This document shows, in pieces, positions 38,237 through 47,866 of a DNA stretch of 64,000 nt; the stretch's first letter is position 1, and each line of letters begins with the position of its first letter. A model generated the notes under the pieces. It worked only from the letters and a program-made list of their open reading frames with translations, was not told the origin of the DNA and searched no databases. This DNA is from Pseudomonadota bacterium (lineage in GTDB: Bacteria > Pseudomonadota > Gammaproteobacteria > Burkholderiales > JABEVD01). A program made the translations under genes and the position numbers. The stretch covers positions 2,239 to 66,238 of the forward strand of contig JAJZRS010000015.1 of NCBI GenBank assembly GCA_021802545.1, written 5' to 3'.

Positions 38237-40503
38237 TACCAGTAGCGCCCGTGAACTTCTCTCCAGGAAGAGGAGACCGCTCCTTTTCCTGAAAAATCGA
38301 AGCTCACCATGCCTTCCCTGTCCGTCCTGAAGATCCGGCTGCCCATGCCTGCGTAAAGCGCCACCGTTTCGGGATTCGGGTGATTGAAGCGGTTCAGGTA
38401 GCCTGCTGAAAACACGACGCAGCGCGGAGAGATGACCTTCGCAAAATTTTCCGAACTCTTTGCCCCGTGATGGGGTGCGACCAGGACTTCGGATTCGAGG
38501 CTGCTCGATCTAGCCAGCCTGTCTGCCGCGTGCCGCTCGATATCCCCTGCAATCAGGATGGAATCAGATTTCGAAGCTGCCCGGAGCACGCAGCTCCGTT
38601 CATTGCGCGTGCCCCTGCCTAAAGTTCCCGGACTGAGGATGTCAAAACGCACCCCGTCCCATTCCCAGGATTCCCCCGCCCTGCATCTCAGATGGATTCC
38701 CGCGTGCAGCAATACCGGATTCGCTTCTGGCAGCGAGGAAAGCACCCAGCCGACCGGAACCGAATCGAGGACGGAAATTGCGCCGCCGATATGGTCCATG
38801 TCCTCGTGGCTGAGAATCATCGCATCCAGCCGGGTGATCCCGGATGCTCTCAGATAGGGAAGAATGATCCTGCTGCTGTCGGAACCCGGTCCGAATGCGG
38901 GACCTGCATCGAAGAGCAGGGCGTGATGCCGCGTTTGCACGACGGCGGCGAGCCCCTGCCCGACGTCGAGCACGGATAGCCTCAGCATCTCCGGCCCCTT
39001 TGGCAGCACCAGGAACAGGGGAAGCAGCCCGGAAAAACCCAGCCAGCGCGCGGGGAACCCCTTGGGCAACAACAGCCAGACGATGCCCATCGCCGCAACG
39101 GGAAGCGTCCAGTACGGCGGAGCATGCTGGATCCAGACCACGTCGGGCAGCGCGCTCAGCCTGACGAGCAGGCCCATCAGCGCTGAAAGGAGCCCGTGCG
39201 CGATCACGAACGGAAAATCGAAAGGGAGCGCAGCGCCGATCAGGGTCAGCGGCACGACAACGAAGCTGATGGCCGGAATGGCCAAGGCATTGGCCAGTGG
39301 CGAGACGAGCGAAACCTGCCCGAAAAATGCCAGCAGGACGGGAACGAGCCCGATGGTGACCGCCCACTGGACTGAAACCCAGGATTTGAACCATCCCTTC
39401 AATCCCATCCTTTGCGTTTCGACATAGAATATGAGCGCGACCGCCAGAAAGGAAAGCCAGAACCCGGGGGAGAGCACGGCCCAGGGATCGATGAGCGCAA
39501 CGACGAAAAGCGCCCAGCACAGCACGATCGAAGACGAGCTCGCCTTCCCGAACCATAGCGCTATTGCCACCACGGCGAGCATGTAGACCGTGCGCTGGGT
39601 GGGAACGGCATAGCCTGCGAGAAGCGCATAGCAGAATGCACACGCGAGCCCGGCAAGCGCTGCAATCTTCCTTGCCGGAAGAAGCAAGGCTAGCGTCGGG
39701 AAGAAGCGCCAGATGCGGTAGGCAAGCCAGGCGATGAGCCCTGCGATCATCGTCACATGGAAACCTGAAATGCTCATCAGGTGGATCACTCCCGTACGCC
39801 TGAACACCTGCCAGTCATTCGCGGATATCGCACGCTGCTCGCCCATCAGGAGCGCAGCGATCTCGCCTTTGTAAGGCTCGTCCGCGAGCACCTTGTAGAC
39901 CCTGTCCATCAGCTTCTCCCTTGCGGCTTCGATAATGTAGGCAGGCCTGGGCACGAAACCTTCCAGCTTCTCCCCTCCGCGCACGTAGCCGGTGGCGCGG
40001 ATTCCCCGCTCAAGCAGCCATGCCTCGTAATCGAAACCGCCTGGATTGGCATTGCCGTGCGGACGCTTGAGCCTGACCGCAAAATGCCATTTCTCCCCCG
40101 GATGGACGACCGTTCCCGTCTCGTCGAAATACCGGCTCAACAGGATTTTCGCGGGAACGTGAACGCCAGGGGAAAGCACCTTTTCGACGTCGAAGGCAAA
40201 GCGCTGCCCCTTCTCGTTCGATCCGGGCAATTCGGCGACCACCCCGACGATGTTTATGTCCTTTCCCTCGAACTGTTTCTGCAATTCGTCCGAAAGCCTG
40301 ACCTCGGCGACAAATGCGGCATAGAAAAAGCCGAAGAGCAAAAAGCCCGCCTTCAAAAGAACTTCCCTCGTCCAGCTTCGCCTGAAGAGCATCGCCGAAA
40401 AAAGGAGCAGCGGGACGACGATCGCCCAGTCTCGGTCTGGAAGATGCGCCTGATGCTGCAAGATGCCCGTGCCTGCCACGAAAAGCAGCAGGTTAGCGCG
40501 CAT
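38224..40503 (-). CDS. comEC: DNA internalization-related competence protein ComEC/Rec2
   Basis: 759 aa. Multi-TM competence domain (GVIHLMSISGFHV). C-terminal metallo-beta-lactamase domain (LSVLDVGQGLAAVV...ILSHEDMDHIGG...APHHG). Confidence 0.9.
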   Translation of the reverse strand: MRANLLLFVAGTGILQHQAHLPDRDWAIVVPLLLFSAMLFRRSWTREVLLKAGFLLFGFFYAAFVAEVRLSDELQKQFEGKDINIVGVVAELPGSNEKGQRFAFDVEKVLSPGVHVPAKILLSRYFDETGTVVHPGEKWHFAVRLKRPHGNANPGGFDYEAWLLERGIRATGYVRGGEKLEGFVPRPAYIIEAAREKLMDRVYKVLADEPYKGEIAALLMGEQRAISANDWQVFRRTGVIHLMSISGFHVTMIAGLIAWLAYRIWRFFPTLALLLPARKIAALAGLACAFCYALLAGYAVPTQRTVYMLAVVAIALWFGKASSSSIVLCWALFVVALIDPWAVLSPGFWLSFLAVALIFYVETQRMGLKGWFKSWVSVQWAVTIGLVPVLLAFFGQVSLVSPLANALAIPAISFVVVPLTLIGAALPFDFPFVIAHGLLSALMGLLVRLSALPDVVWIQHAPPYWTLPVAAMGIVWLLLPKGFPARWLGFSGLLPLFLVLPKGPEMLRLSVLDVGQGLAAVVQTRHHALLFDAGPAFGPGSDSSRIILPYLRASGITRLDAMILSHEDMDHIGGAISVLDSVPVGWVLSSLPEANPVLLHAGIHLRCRAGESWEWDGVRFDILSPGTLGRGTRNERSCVLRAASKSDSILIAGDIERHAADRLARSSSLESEVLVAPHHGAKSSENFAKVISPRCVVFSAGYLNRFNHPNPETVALYAGMGSRIFRTDREGMVSFDFSGKGAVSSSWREVHGRYWYQEK

Positions 40504-42982
40504 GCCTGAAAAGCTCTATCCAGAGAACGCTCGACAGGCCGATGGCCATGCTGAATAAGGCATCGCCGAACGAAAGGGAGGAGAAGCCGAAAAGACGGTG
40601 AAAAAAGGGCAGATAGATCACCAGCGCGAGCGCAAGCAAAGTTCCGAAAAATATCCACCAGAAAAGCGGGTTGTTTTTTTTCAGGCCTTCTGCGAAGGAT
40701 CTGGCGCGGATCGACAGGATCAGGGCGAGGCATGAAAAAATCAGGGTACTGAACGCGATGGCACGCGCATGATCCTGCCCCGCCTTCAATGCAACCGCAT
40801 ACACTGAGAGCATCGCTGCAAGCATGCCGCATCCGCGAACGAGACTCACGAATACCGTCCTTTTGTCGAGGATGGATGACTCCGCCTTCCTGGGCGGGAA
40901 TTTCATGAGGTTCGCATCGGCCGGTTCCGCTTCGAAGACGAGCGAGCAGACCGGATCGATGATGAGCTGCAGGAAGGCGATGTGCACGGGATAGAACACC
41001 ATGGGCCAGCCCATGAAAACCGGGATCATCGACATGCCCGCGATCGGCACGTGCACGGCAAGGCTGAAGGAAAAGGCTTTCGTCAGGTTGGCGTAAATTC
41101 GCCTGCCCAGCCTCACGGCATGCACGATGGAAGAAAAATCGTCGTCGAGCAGCACCAGGGATGCTGCCTCCCGCGCCACGTCCGTTCCGCGTCCCCCCAT
41201 TGCAACGCCGATATCGGCGCGCTTCAATGCGGGCGCGTCGTTCACCCCGTCTCCAGTCATGGCCACGATTTCGCCGCGCCTTCTGAACGCATTCACGATC
41301 TTGAGTTTCTGCAGCGGGACGACGCGCGCGAAGATGTCGGTGCGATCGACGAGCGAGGCAAGCTGCTCTTCTTCCATCCTGTCGATTTCGCTTCCCTCGA
41401 CGGTCTCCACGCCAAGCCCGATGCTGCGCGCAATGGCCCGCGCGGTCATCGGATTGTCTCCGGTCATCATCACGACGCGCACGCCCGCATCCCTGCACTC
41501 CTGCACGGCTGCGGGCACGCCCTCCCTCACCGGGTCCTGGAGGCCGACGAGGCCGATGAATTCGAATTCGAAGTCGTGCTGGATCTGCGGCCAGTCTTCG
41601 CCGACATGGCGCGCGCGGGCGACCCCGAGCACGCGCAGGCCGTCCTTCGCCATTTCCGCAACATCCGCGATTCGATCGGCGAGCTCGGCATCGCCCAGAT
41701 GGCAGAGGCTGAATATCGCCTCGGGCGAACCTTTCGCGGCAACGACGTATTCGCTGCTCTTTTGCGAGCGCCAGACATGGGACATGGCGAGCATTTCGGG
41801 GGAAAGCGAATATTCGTGCACGATTTCCCAGTCGGCATGCAAGTGTTCGGTCCGCGAAAGATAGCGCCTGCCCAGGTCGCGGAAGGCCTTTTCCATGGGG
41901 TCGAAAGGATCGATCTCGCTCGCGAGGATGCCGAATTCTAGCAGCGCATGGAATGCTTCCGGAAGGTCCCCGTCTTTTTCGATTTCGAATACCCGCCCGT
42001 TTGCGCTAAGCCTGGAAACGGACATCCTGTTTTCCGTCAGCGTGCCTGTCTTGTCGACGCACAAGACGCTCGCCGCCCCGAGCGTCTCGACGGCCGGAAG
42101 CCGCCTGGTGAGCACTTTGTCGCGCGAAATGCGCCATGCGCCTAGCGCAAGGAAAACCGTCAGCACGACGGGAAATTCCTCCGGAAGAATGGCCATCGCC
42201 ATGGTGATCCCGGCAAGCAACCCCTCGAGCCAGGCGCCCCTCATCCAGCCGTAGGACAGGACCAGAACGACGAACAACACTGCGCAGATCAGCGCGAAAT
42301 TCCTGACGAGACGCGACACTTCCTTCTGCAGCGGCGTCTTCTCCGTCTCGGCGGCGCGAATCGCAAGCCCTATCTTGCCCATCTCGGTGCCTGAACCTGT
42401 CGCAAGCACCCGCGCCGTCCCCTTTCCCTGCGTGACCATCGTCCCCGCATAGACGAAATGGCCGCCTTCCCCGCCAGGGGGCGCCATGGCTTCGATTGCG
42501 CCCCTAGCTGCCATCTTACTGACCGGAACCGATTCGCCCGTGAGCAGCGATTCGTCCGCCGAAAAATCGTTGCACTCGAGCAGAACGGCATCCGCTGCGA
42601 TGCGGTCTCCTTCGGCTATCAGCAGGATGTCCCCGCGCACCACTTCCCTTCCGGCTATCCTGATCGCCTGCCCTTCCCTGACCACGTTCGCCCTCGGGCT
42701 CGTCAAATCGCGAAGGGCCTCCAGCACTCTTTCCGTCTTGTTTTCCTGGTAGACGGTGATGCACATCACCACGAAGACGAAGAAAAGCAGCGCCAGCGCT
42801 TCTCCCATGTCTCCCAGAGCCGCGTAGATCGAGCCTGCCGAAACCAGAAGCAGGAACATGGGCTCTTTCGCCACGTCGCGCGCAATGATCCAGGCGGTGC
42901 GCTCGTTCGGCGCAGCGAGCTCGTTGAAGCCGTCCTTCCTGAGCCGCGCTTCTGCGTCAAGATGGCTCAATCCCGCGTGCAT
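40493..42982 (-). CDS. Cation-translocating P-type ATPase (second paralogue)
   Basis: 829 aa from ATG 42982 behind AAGGAGAAAAAA. MHAGLSHLDAEARLRKDGFNEL, TGESVP, LPEEFPVV, CVDKTGTLTEN, MMTGDNP and GDGVNDAPAL. The 1034-aa track ORF extension runs antisense through marR and is rejected. Confidence 0.9.
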   Translation of the reverse strand: MHAGLSHLDAEARLRKDGFNELAAPNERTAWIIARDVAKEPMFLLLVSAGSIYAALGDMGEALALLFFVFVVMCITVYQENKTERVLEALRDLTSPRANVVREGQAIRIAGREVVRGDILLIAEGDRIAADAVLLECNDFSADESLLTGESVPVSKMAARGAIEAMAPPGGEGGHFVYAGTMVTQGKGTARVLATGSGTEMGKIGLAIRAAETEKTPLQKEVSRLVRNFALICAVLFVVLVLSYGWMRGAWLEGLLAGITMAMAILPEEFPVVLTVFLALGAWRISRDKVLTRRLPAVETLGAASVLCVDKTGTLTENRMSVSRLSANGRVFEIEKDGDLPEAFHALLEFGILASEIDPFDPMEKAFRDLGRRYLSRTEHLHADWEIVHEYSLSPEMLAMSHVWRSQKSSEYVVAAKGSPEAIFSLCHLGDAELADRIADVAEMAKDGLRVLGVARARHVGEDWPQIQHDFEFEFIGLVGLQDPVREGVPAAVQECRDAGVRVVMMTGDNPMTARAIARSIGLGVETVEGSEIDRMEEEQLASLVDRTDIFARVVPLQKLKIVNAFRRRGEIVAMTGDGVNDAPALKRADIGVAMGGRGTDVAREAASLVLLDDDFSSIVHAVRLGRRIYANLTKAFSFSLAVHVPIAGMSMIPVFMGWPMVFYPVHIAFLQLIIDPVCSLVFEAEPADANLMKFPPRKAESSILDKRTVFVSLVRGCGMLAAMLSVYAVALKAGQDHARAIAFSTLIFSCLALILSIRARSFAEGLKKNNPLFWWIFFGTLLALALVIYLPFFHRLFGFSSLSFGDALFSMAIGLSSVLWIELFRHAR

Positions 42983-43028
42983 TTTTTCTCCTTTTCTGGC
43001 ACCCTTGTGAAAACTATAGCGCACGGCG

Positions 43029-43056
43029 TTGACAACATAGTTTCGAGCGTTACAAT
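43029..43056 (+). promoter_or_regulatory. Candidate sigma70 promoter of the marR-efflux operon (TTGACA-16-TACAAT), overlapped by AACTAT/ATAGTT repeats
   Basis: Consensus TTGACA at 43029-43034 and TACAAT at 43051-43056, 26 nt upstream of the marR ATG. GAAAACTAT (43009-43017) and ATAGTTTC (43037-43044) form an inverted repeat. GAACTAT recurs at 43065-43071. Confidence 0.55.
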
Positions 43057-43081
43057 TAACCAATGAACTATTTTTTTCGCC

Positions 43082-43600
43082 ATGAATTCTTCGTTCGAGC
43101 CATTTGAAACCAGGATAGAAGGCTTCTCTCAAGCCCACCCTGAGGCGCCCAAGCGGGAAATCATCCTGAGCCGCCTTTATTTCCACGTTTTCAAGCAGTA
43201 TAACGAAAGGCAGAACCTCCATCTCGCCCCCTTCGGACTCAACGGATCGAGCTGGTTCGCGCTCGTCATGCTCTACTCGACGCCTGAAAATGCGATCAAT
43301 CCATGCGACCTCAGCTACGCCATGATCTCCTCCAGAACGAACATCACGCGGCTTTCCGACGAGCTCGTGGAAAAGGGATGGGTGGAGCGCAACACCAGCG
43401 GGGAAGACAGGCGGAAAATCGTCCTTTCGCTCACGGCTAGCGGAAGGAAGCTCGTCGAGAGCGTCCTGCCCCGTCAATGGGACTACTATAAGGAACTCTG
43501 GTCCGGTTTCGATAGCGAAGAGATCGATCAATTCGAACACCTGCTGCGCAGGCTGCTCGCCAAGCTCGACAAAGACATGGAGAACGCATGCGGACAATAG
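43082..43600 (+). CDS. MarR-family transcriptional regulator (EmrR/MprA-like position)
   Basis: 172 aa. Winged-helix region LNGSSWFALVMLY...PCDLSYAMISSRTNITRLSDELVEKGWVERNTSGEDRRKIVLSLTASGRKL. First gene of the efflux operon. Confidence 0.85.
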   Translation: MNSSFEPFETRIEGFSQAHPEAPKREIILSRLYFHVFKQYNERQNLHLAPFGLNGSSWFALVMLYSTPENAINPCDLSYAMISSRTNITRLSDELVEKGWVERNTSGEDRRKIVLSLTASGRKLVESVLPRQWDYYKELWSGFDSEEIDQFEHLLRRLLAKLDKDMENACGQ

Positions 43601-44964
43601 CTGCGCTTCTCGTCTGCGCGATTCTGACCGGCTGCGCGACCTATACCGGGATTCACGGCGAATCCAAGCCCGTCGCGCTCAAGAAGCCCTCCCCCAAGTT
43701 TTCCGTCACAGCGAAATGGTGGACGATCTTCAGGGACGATCAGCTCGATTCGCTGATCGAGGAAGCGATCGAAAACTCGCCCACGATCAGGATCGCGCAA
43801 GCCAGAATCAGGCAGGCGAAAAGCATGGCCGATGTCTCTGGCGCCGATCTTTATCCCCAGCTGGACGCCAACGGCTCAGCCGTCAGGGAGCGGATCAGCG
43901 CGAAAGGCTATTTCCCGCCGCCTCTGGGAGGGAGCACGCTGAATCTCGGCCAGCTGACGCTCGACTTCGATTACGAATTCGACTGGTGGGGAAGGAACAG
44001 GGCTGCGCTCGATGCCGCATTGAACGAAACCAGCGTCACGGAAGCTGAAGCCGTCGAAACCCGCCTCCTCCTCGGCCTCGCGGTTGCGCAAACCTATTTC
44101 GCGCTTCAGGCCGATCTCGCCAAGCTGAACACGTCGAAGCAGATCCTGGCGAGGCAGGAAGCGCTCCTCGATCTCGCCCGGTTCCGCGCGAAGAGCGGCA
44201 TCGATTCGGACGACCGGGCAAGCCAGATGGCCGGCCTCCTCGCCCAGGAAAAAATCGGCATCTCCAAGCTCGACGAAGCCGTCAAATTGGGCAGAAGCCA
44301 GATTTCAGCCCTGCTCGGCAAACCTCAGAATGCGGAAAAACCCATCGCTGCGCGGATCGATCCCCCTCCGCCTCTTCCTTCTTCCATTCCGGCGGACTCC
44401 ATCGGCCAGCGTCCAGACGTCATGGCGCAGCAATATCGCCTGGCAGCAGCATCGAACCGCATCGATCAGGCGAAGGCTGAATTCTTTCCGAACATCGACC
44501 TGTCCGCCTACGCCGGCGTTCAAAGCATCGGCTTCGGCAATCTCTTCAAGGGAGGGAGCGATATCGCATCCTTCGGCCCTGCGATCCACCTGCCCATTTT
44601 CGGCGGGGGAAGGCTGAGGGCGAACCTCGGCGAGAAATATGCCGAATACGACATCGCCGTGGAAGAATACAACAGGATGGTGATCGGCGCGATGCGCGAC
44701 GTGGCACAGGCGTCGACCTCGCTCAAATCGGTCTCTTCGCAGATTGCCGCGCAGAACGATGTGCTGCGCGCGCTGGGGGATGCGCATCGCATCGCTCTCG
44801 ACCGCTACAACCACGGACTCGGGGACGCGCTCTCCGTGCTCGAAGCCGAGACGCCGCTGCTCATCCAGAAAAACGTCAAAACCGATCTCGACGAAAGAAG
44901 GCTTGAACTCACGCTCGAAATGATCCAATCGCTGGGCGGCGCTCCCAGCATCAATCCGGGGTAA
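43588..44964 (+). CDS. Efflux outer-membrane lipoprotein, NodT/OprM family
   Basis: 458 aa. Lipobox LLVCAILTGCA. Contains WWTIFRDDQLDSLIEEAIENSPTI and duplicated OEP repeats. Confidence 0.85.
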   Translation: MRTIAALLVCAILTGCATYTGIHGESKPVALKKPSPKFSVTAKWWTIFRDDQLDSLIEEAIENSPTIRIAQARIRQAKSMADVSGADLYPQLDANGSAVRERISAKGYFPPPLGGSTLNLGQLTLDFDYEFDWWGRNRAALDAALNETSVTEAEAVETRLLLGLAVAQTYFALQADLAKLNTSKQILARQEALLDLARFRAKSGIDSDDRASQMAGLLAQEKIGISKLDEAVKLGRSQISALLGKPQNAEKPIAARIDPPPPLPSSIPADSIGQRPDVMAQQYRLAAASNRIDQAKAEFFPNIDLSAYAGVQSIGFGNLFKGGSDIASFGPAIHLPIFGGGRLRANLGEKYAEYDIAVEEYNRMVIGAMRDVAQASTSLKSVSSQIAAQNDVLRALGDAHRIALDRYNHGLGDALSVLEAETPLLIQKNVKTDLDERRLELTLEMIQSLGGAPSINPG

Positions 44965-44967
44965 GCT

Positions 44968-46101
44968 ATGGAAGAAAATGGAAAAAAACGCAAACGCATG
45001 CTGCTTTCCCTGGGGGGATTCTTTCTTCTGGCCGGGCTGGCTTACGCGGTCTTCTGGTTCATCTACGGCCAGTATTACCAGGAAACCGACGATGCCTATG
45101 TTTCCGGAAATCTGGTTCAGCTGATGCCGCAGATCACCGGCAACGTCGCTGCGGTTTACGCCGACGACACCGCGCAAGTGAAGGCAGGGCAAACGCTGGT
45201 GACCCTGGACGGCACGGACGCGCGTCTCGCGCTGCAGAATGCGGAAACCAGCCTCGCCGAGACGGTAAGAAACGTCAAACAGCTTTATGCTTCGGCCGGG
45301 GAACTCAGGGCGCTCGTCAACGAAAAGCAGGCCGCGCTCTTCAAGGCGAAGCAGGATCTGGAGCGGCGCACTCAGCTGATCACGGGACATGCCGTCTCCC
45401 AGGAAGAATTGCAGCATGCGAGCGACAATGTTTCCATCGCCGAGGACTCCCTCGCCTCGGCTCAGCACAGGTTTTCCGCAGCCTTGTCCGCAGTCGCAAA
45501 CACGACCCTTGCCACGCACCCTGCCGTGCAGAAGGCCGAGACCCGGGTGAGACAGGCCTGGCTCGACTGCGAGCGCACCTCGATCGAGGCGCCGGCAACA
45601 GGCTATGTCGCCAAGCGCTCGGTGCAGGTCGGGGAACGCGTTAACCCGGGCTCCCCGCTCATGATCATCGTGCCGCTCAACGAAATATGGGTCGATGCGA
45701 ATTTCAAGGAAGACCAGTTGCGCCACATCAGGATAGGCCAGCCCGTCACGCTCACTTCCGACATCTACGGCAGAAGCATCGTTTATCACGGCCGCGTTGC
45801 CGGGCTCGGCGCCGGAACGGGAAGCGTTTTCTCCCTCCTGCCGCCGCAGAATGCGACCGGGAACTGGATCAAGGTTATCCAGAGACTGCCCGTGAGGATC
45901 AGGCTCGACGCCAATGAGATCGCGCAGCATCCATTGAGGATAGGCCTTTCCATGGTGACGAAAATCGACACCCACGACCAGAGCGGCGCCGTTCTGGCCA
46001 GGGTCACGCCTGAAAAGCCGGTCTATTCGACCTCGGTGTTCGAGTACAAGGAGTCCCCCGTCGAACTCATGATCGCCAAGATCGTGCGGGACAACGGATA
46101 A
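44968..46101 (+). CDS. emrA: HlyD/EmrA-family membrane fusion protein
   Basis: 377 aa. N-terminal anchor, then ETDDAYVSGNLVQLMPQITGNVAAVYADDTAQVKAGQTLVTLD and later GNWIKVIQRLPVRI. Typical EmrA sequence. Confidence 0.85.
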   Translation: MEENGKKRKRMLLSLGGFFLLAGLAYAVFWFIYGQYYQETDDAYVSGNLVQLMPQITGNVAAVYADDTAQVKAGQTLVTLDGTDARLALQNAETSLAETVRNVKQLYASAGELRALVNEKQAALFKAKQDLERRTQLITGHAVSQEELQHASDNVSIAEDSLASAQHRFSAALSAVANTTLATHPAVQKAETRVRQAWLDCERTSIEAPATGYVAKRSVQVGERVNPGSPLMIIVPLNEIWVDANFKEDQLRHIRIGQPVTLTSDIYGRSIVYHGRVAGLGAGTGSVFSLLPPQNATGNWIKVIQRLPVRIRLDANEIAQHPLRIGLSMVTKIDTHDQSGAVLARVTPEKPVYSTSVFEYKESPVELMIAKIVRDNG

Positions 46102-47625
46102 ATGAAGCCCATCCATGGCGCCCCGCTTGCCCTGCTGACGCTGTCGCTATCGCTGGCCACCTTCATGCAGGTGCTGGATACCTCCATCGCCAACGTGTCG
46201 ATTCCCACCATCGCTGGAGACCTCGCGGTGAGCCCCAATCAGGGCACCTGGGTCATCACCTCGTTCGCCGTCAGCAATGCCATCGCCCTGCCCTTGTCCG
46301 GCTGGCTCGCCAAGCATTTCGGCGAAGTGAAGCTTTTCATCGCGGCAACCCTGCTCTTCACCCTCGCCTCCATGCTCTGCGGCCTCTCCAGCAGCTTGCC
46401 CATGCTGGTCGTATTCCGCATTTTCCAGGGCGCTGTGGCCGGCCCCATGATTCCGCTCTCGCAAAGCCTGCTGCTCGCGAACTATCCCCACGAAAAGAAG
46501 GGGCTCGCGCTCGCCCTCTGGTCGATGACGGTCGTGCTCGCGCCCATATTCGGCCCCATCCTGGGCGGATACATCACTGACAACATGAGCTGGCCATGGA
46601 TCTTCTACATCAACATCCCGGTGGGGCTGATCGCAAGCTACATCACCTGGCGGATCCTGAAGGACAGGGAAACCGAAACGGTCAGGCTGCCCATCGATAC
46701 CATCGGCCTCATTCTGCTCATCGTGGGGGTGGGGAGCCTGCAGCTCCTGCTCGACAAGGGGAACGACCTCGACTGGTTCAATTCGGACATGATCAGGATC
46801 CTCGCTGCGGTGGCGACAATCTGCATTTCCTTCTTCATCGCATGGGAGCTGACCGAGCGCCATCCGGTGGTCGACCTGTCCCTCTTCAAGGTCAGGAATT
46901 TTTCGGTGGGCACGATCTCCATCAGCCTCGGCTACATGACCTTCTTCTCAGGGGTCGTGGTCTATCCGCTCTGGCTGCAGACCCAGATGGGCTATACGGC
47001 GACATGGGCCGGACTCTCTGCCGCGCCGATCGGCATCCTCTCGGTGATCTTTTCGCCTATCGTCGGAAAGAACATGCATAAAATCGATCTGCGCATCCTG
47101 GCGAGCTTCAGCTTCCTGGTTTTCGCTTCGATCACCTTCTGGGCCTCCTCGTTCAACACCAGCGCAACATTCATGCAGCTCACATTGCCACGCTTCTTCC
47201 AGGGGATAGGCATGGCCTGCTTCTTCATCCCGCTGATGTCCATTCTGCTTTCCGGTCTTCCCCAGAACAGGGTGGCGAGCGCATCCGGCCTTTCGAATTT
47301 CCTGCGCGTTCTGGGAGGAAGCTTCGGCACTTCGCTCTCGGTCGCGCTCTGGGACAGGCGGGAATCGCTCCATCACAGCCAGCTCACGGAAAACATCTCG
47401 GCAGGGGACACCGTGACGAATCATGCCCTGAGCGCACTGCATTCGATCGGCCTTCCTCACATGCCTTCTCTCGCCTTTCTCGAAAGATCCGTCGAAAGCC
47501 AGTCCTACATGCTCGCGGTCAACGACATTTTCATCGCATCCACCTGGATTTTCCTGGCCCTGACGTTCTTCGTCTGGCTCGCGCGTCCGCCTTTCGCTGC
47601 GGGAAAATCGGGGGGCGAGCATTGA
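46102..47625 (+). CDS. emrB: MFS DHA2-family (EmrB/QacA) multidrug efflux permease
   Basis: 507 aa with 14-TM character. FMQVLDTSIANVSIPTIAGDL...LSGWLAKHFGEVKLF. Confidence 0.9.
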   Translation: MKPIHGAPLALLTLSLSLATFMQVLDTSIANVSIPTIAGDLAVSPNQGTWVITSFAVSNAIALPLSGWLAKHFGEVKLFIAATLLFTLASMLCGLSSSLPMLVVFRIFQGAVAGPMIPLSQSLLLANYPHEKKGLALALWSMTVVLAPIFGPILGGYITDNMSWPWIFYINIPVGLIASYITWRILKDRETETVRLPIDTIGLILLIVGVGSLQLLLDKGNDLDWFNSDMIRILAAVATICISFFIAWELTERHPVVDLSLFKVRNFSVGTISISLGYMTFFSGVVVYPLWLQTQMGYTATWAGLSAAPIGILSVIFSPIVGKNMHKIDLRILASFSFLVFASITFWASSFNTSATFMQLTLPRFFQGIGMACFFIPLMSILLSGLPQNRVASASGLSNFLRVLGGSFGTSLSVALWDRRESLHHSQLTENISAGDTVTNHALSALHSIGLPHMPSLAFLERSVESQSYMLAVNDIFIASTWIFLALTFFVWLARPPFAAGKSGGEH

Positions 47626-47644
47626 TATCACTCTAGGAGAAAAC

Positions 47645-47866
47645 ATGCCCTACTACGTGTACAGAATCGAAAGCCGCCCCTTCAAGAAGCTCGACAAGCT
47701 CGATGCCTTCGAATCCTTCAGGGAAGCGAGCGGCTATGCCAAGGAAGTGCGTGCAGGCGTATCGCAGGAAATCCAGATCAAGGTCATCTTCGCCGAAACG
47801 GAGCTCCAGGCAGAAGATCTGTTGAATACCGTGAGGCAGGCCCAGGTCACGGGCAGCGACGACTGA
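47645..47866 (+). CDS. Hypothetical small protein (73 aa)
   Basis: RBS TAGGAGAAAACATG. MPYYVYRIESRPFKKLDKLDAFESFREASGYAKEVR... No family recognised. Its stop abuts the next start (TGAATG). Confidence 0.55.
   Translation: MPYYVYRIESRPFKKLDKLDAFESFREASGYAKEVRAGVSQEIQIKVIFAETELQAEDLLNTVRQAQVTGSDD

Noticed and set aside
42983-43597. N-terminal extension of the second P-type ATPase ORF (the track gives 1034 aa starting at 43597).
   Set aside because: The extension runs antisense through the marR gene and the promoter region and has no ATPase-like sequence. ATG 42982, with an AAGGAG RBS, gives a canonical Cation_ATPase_N start.
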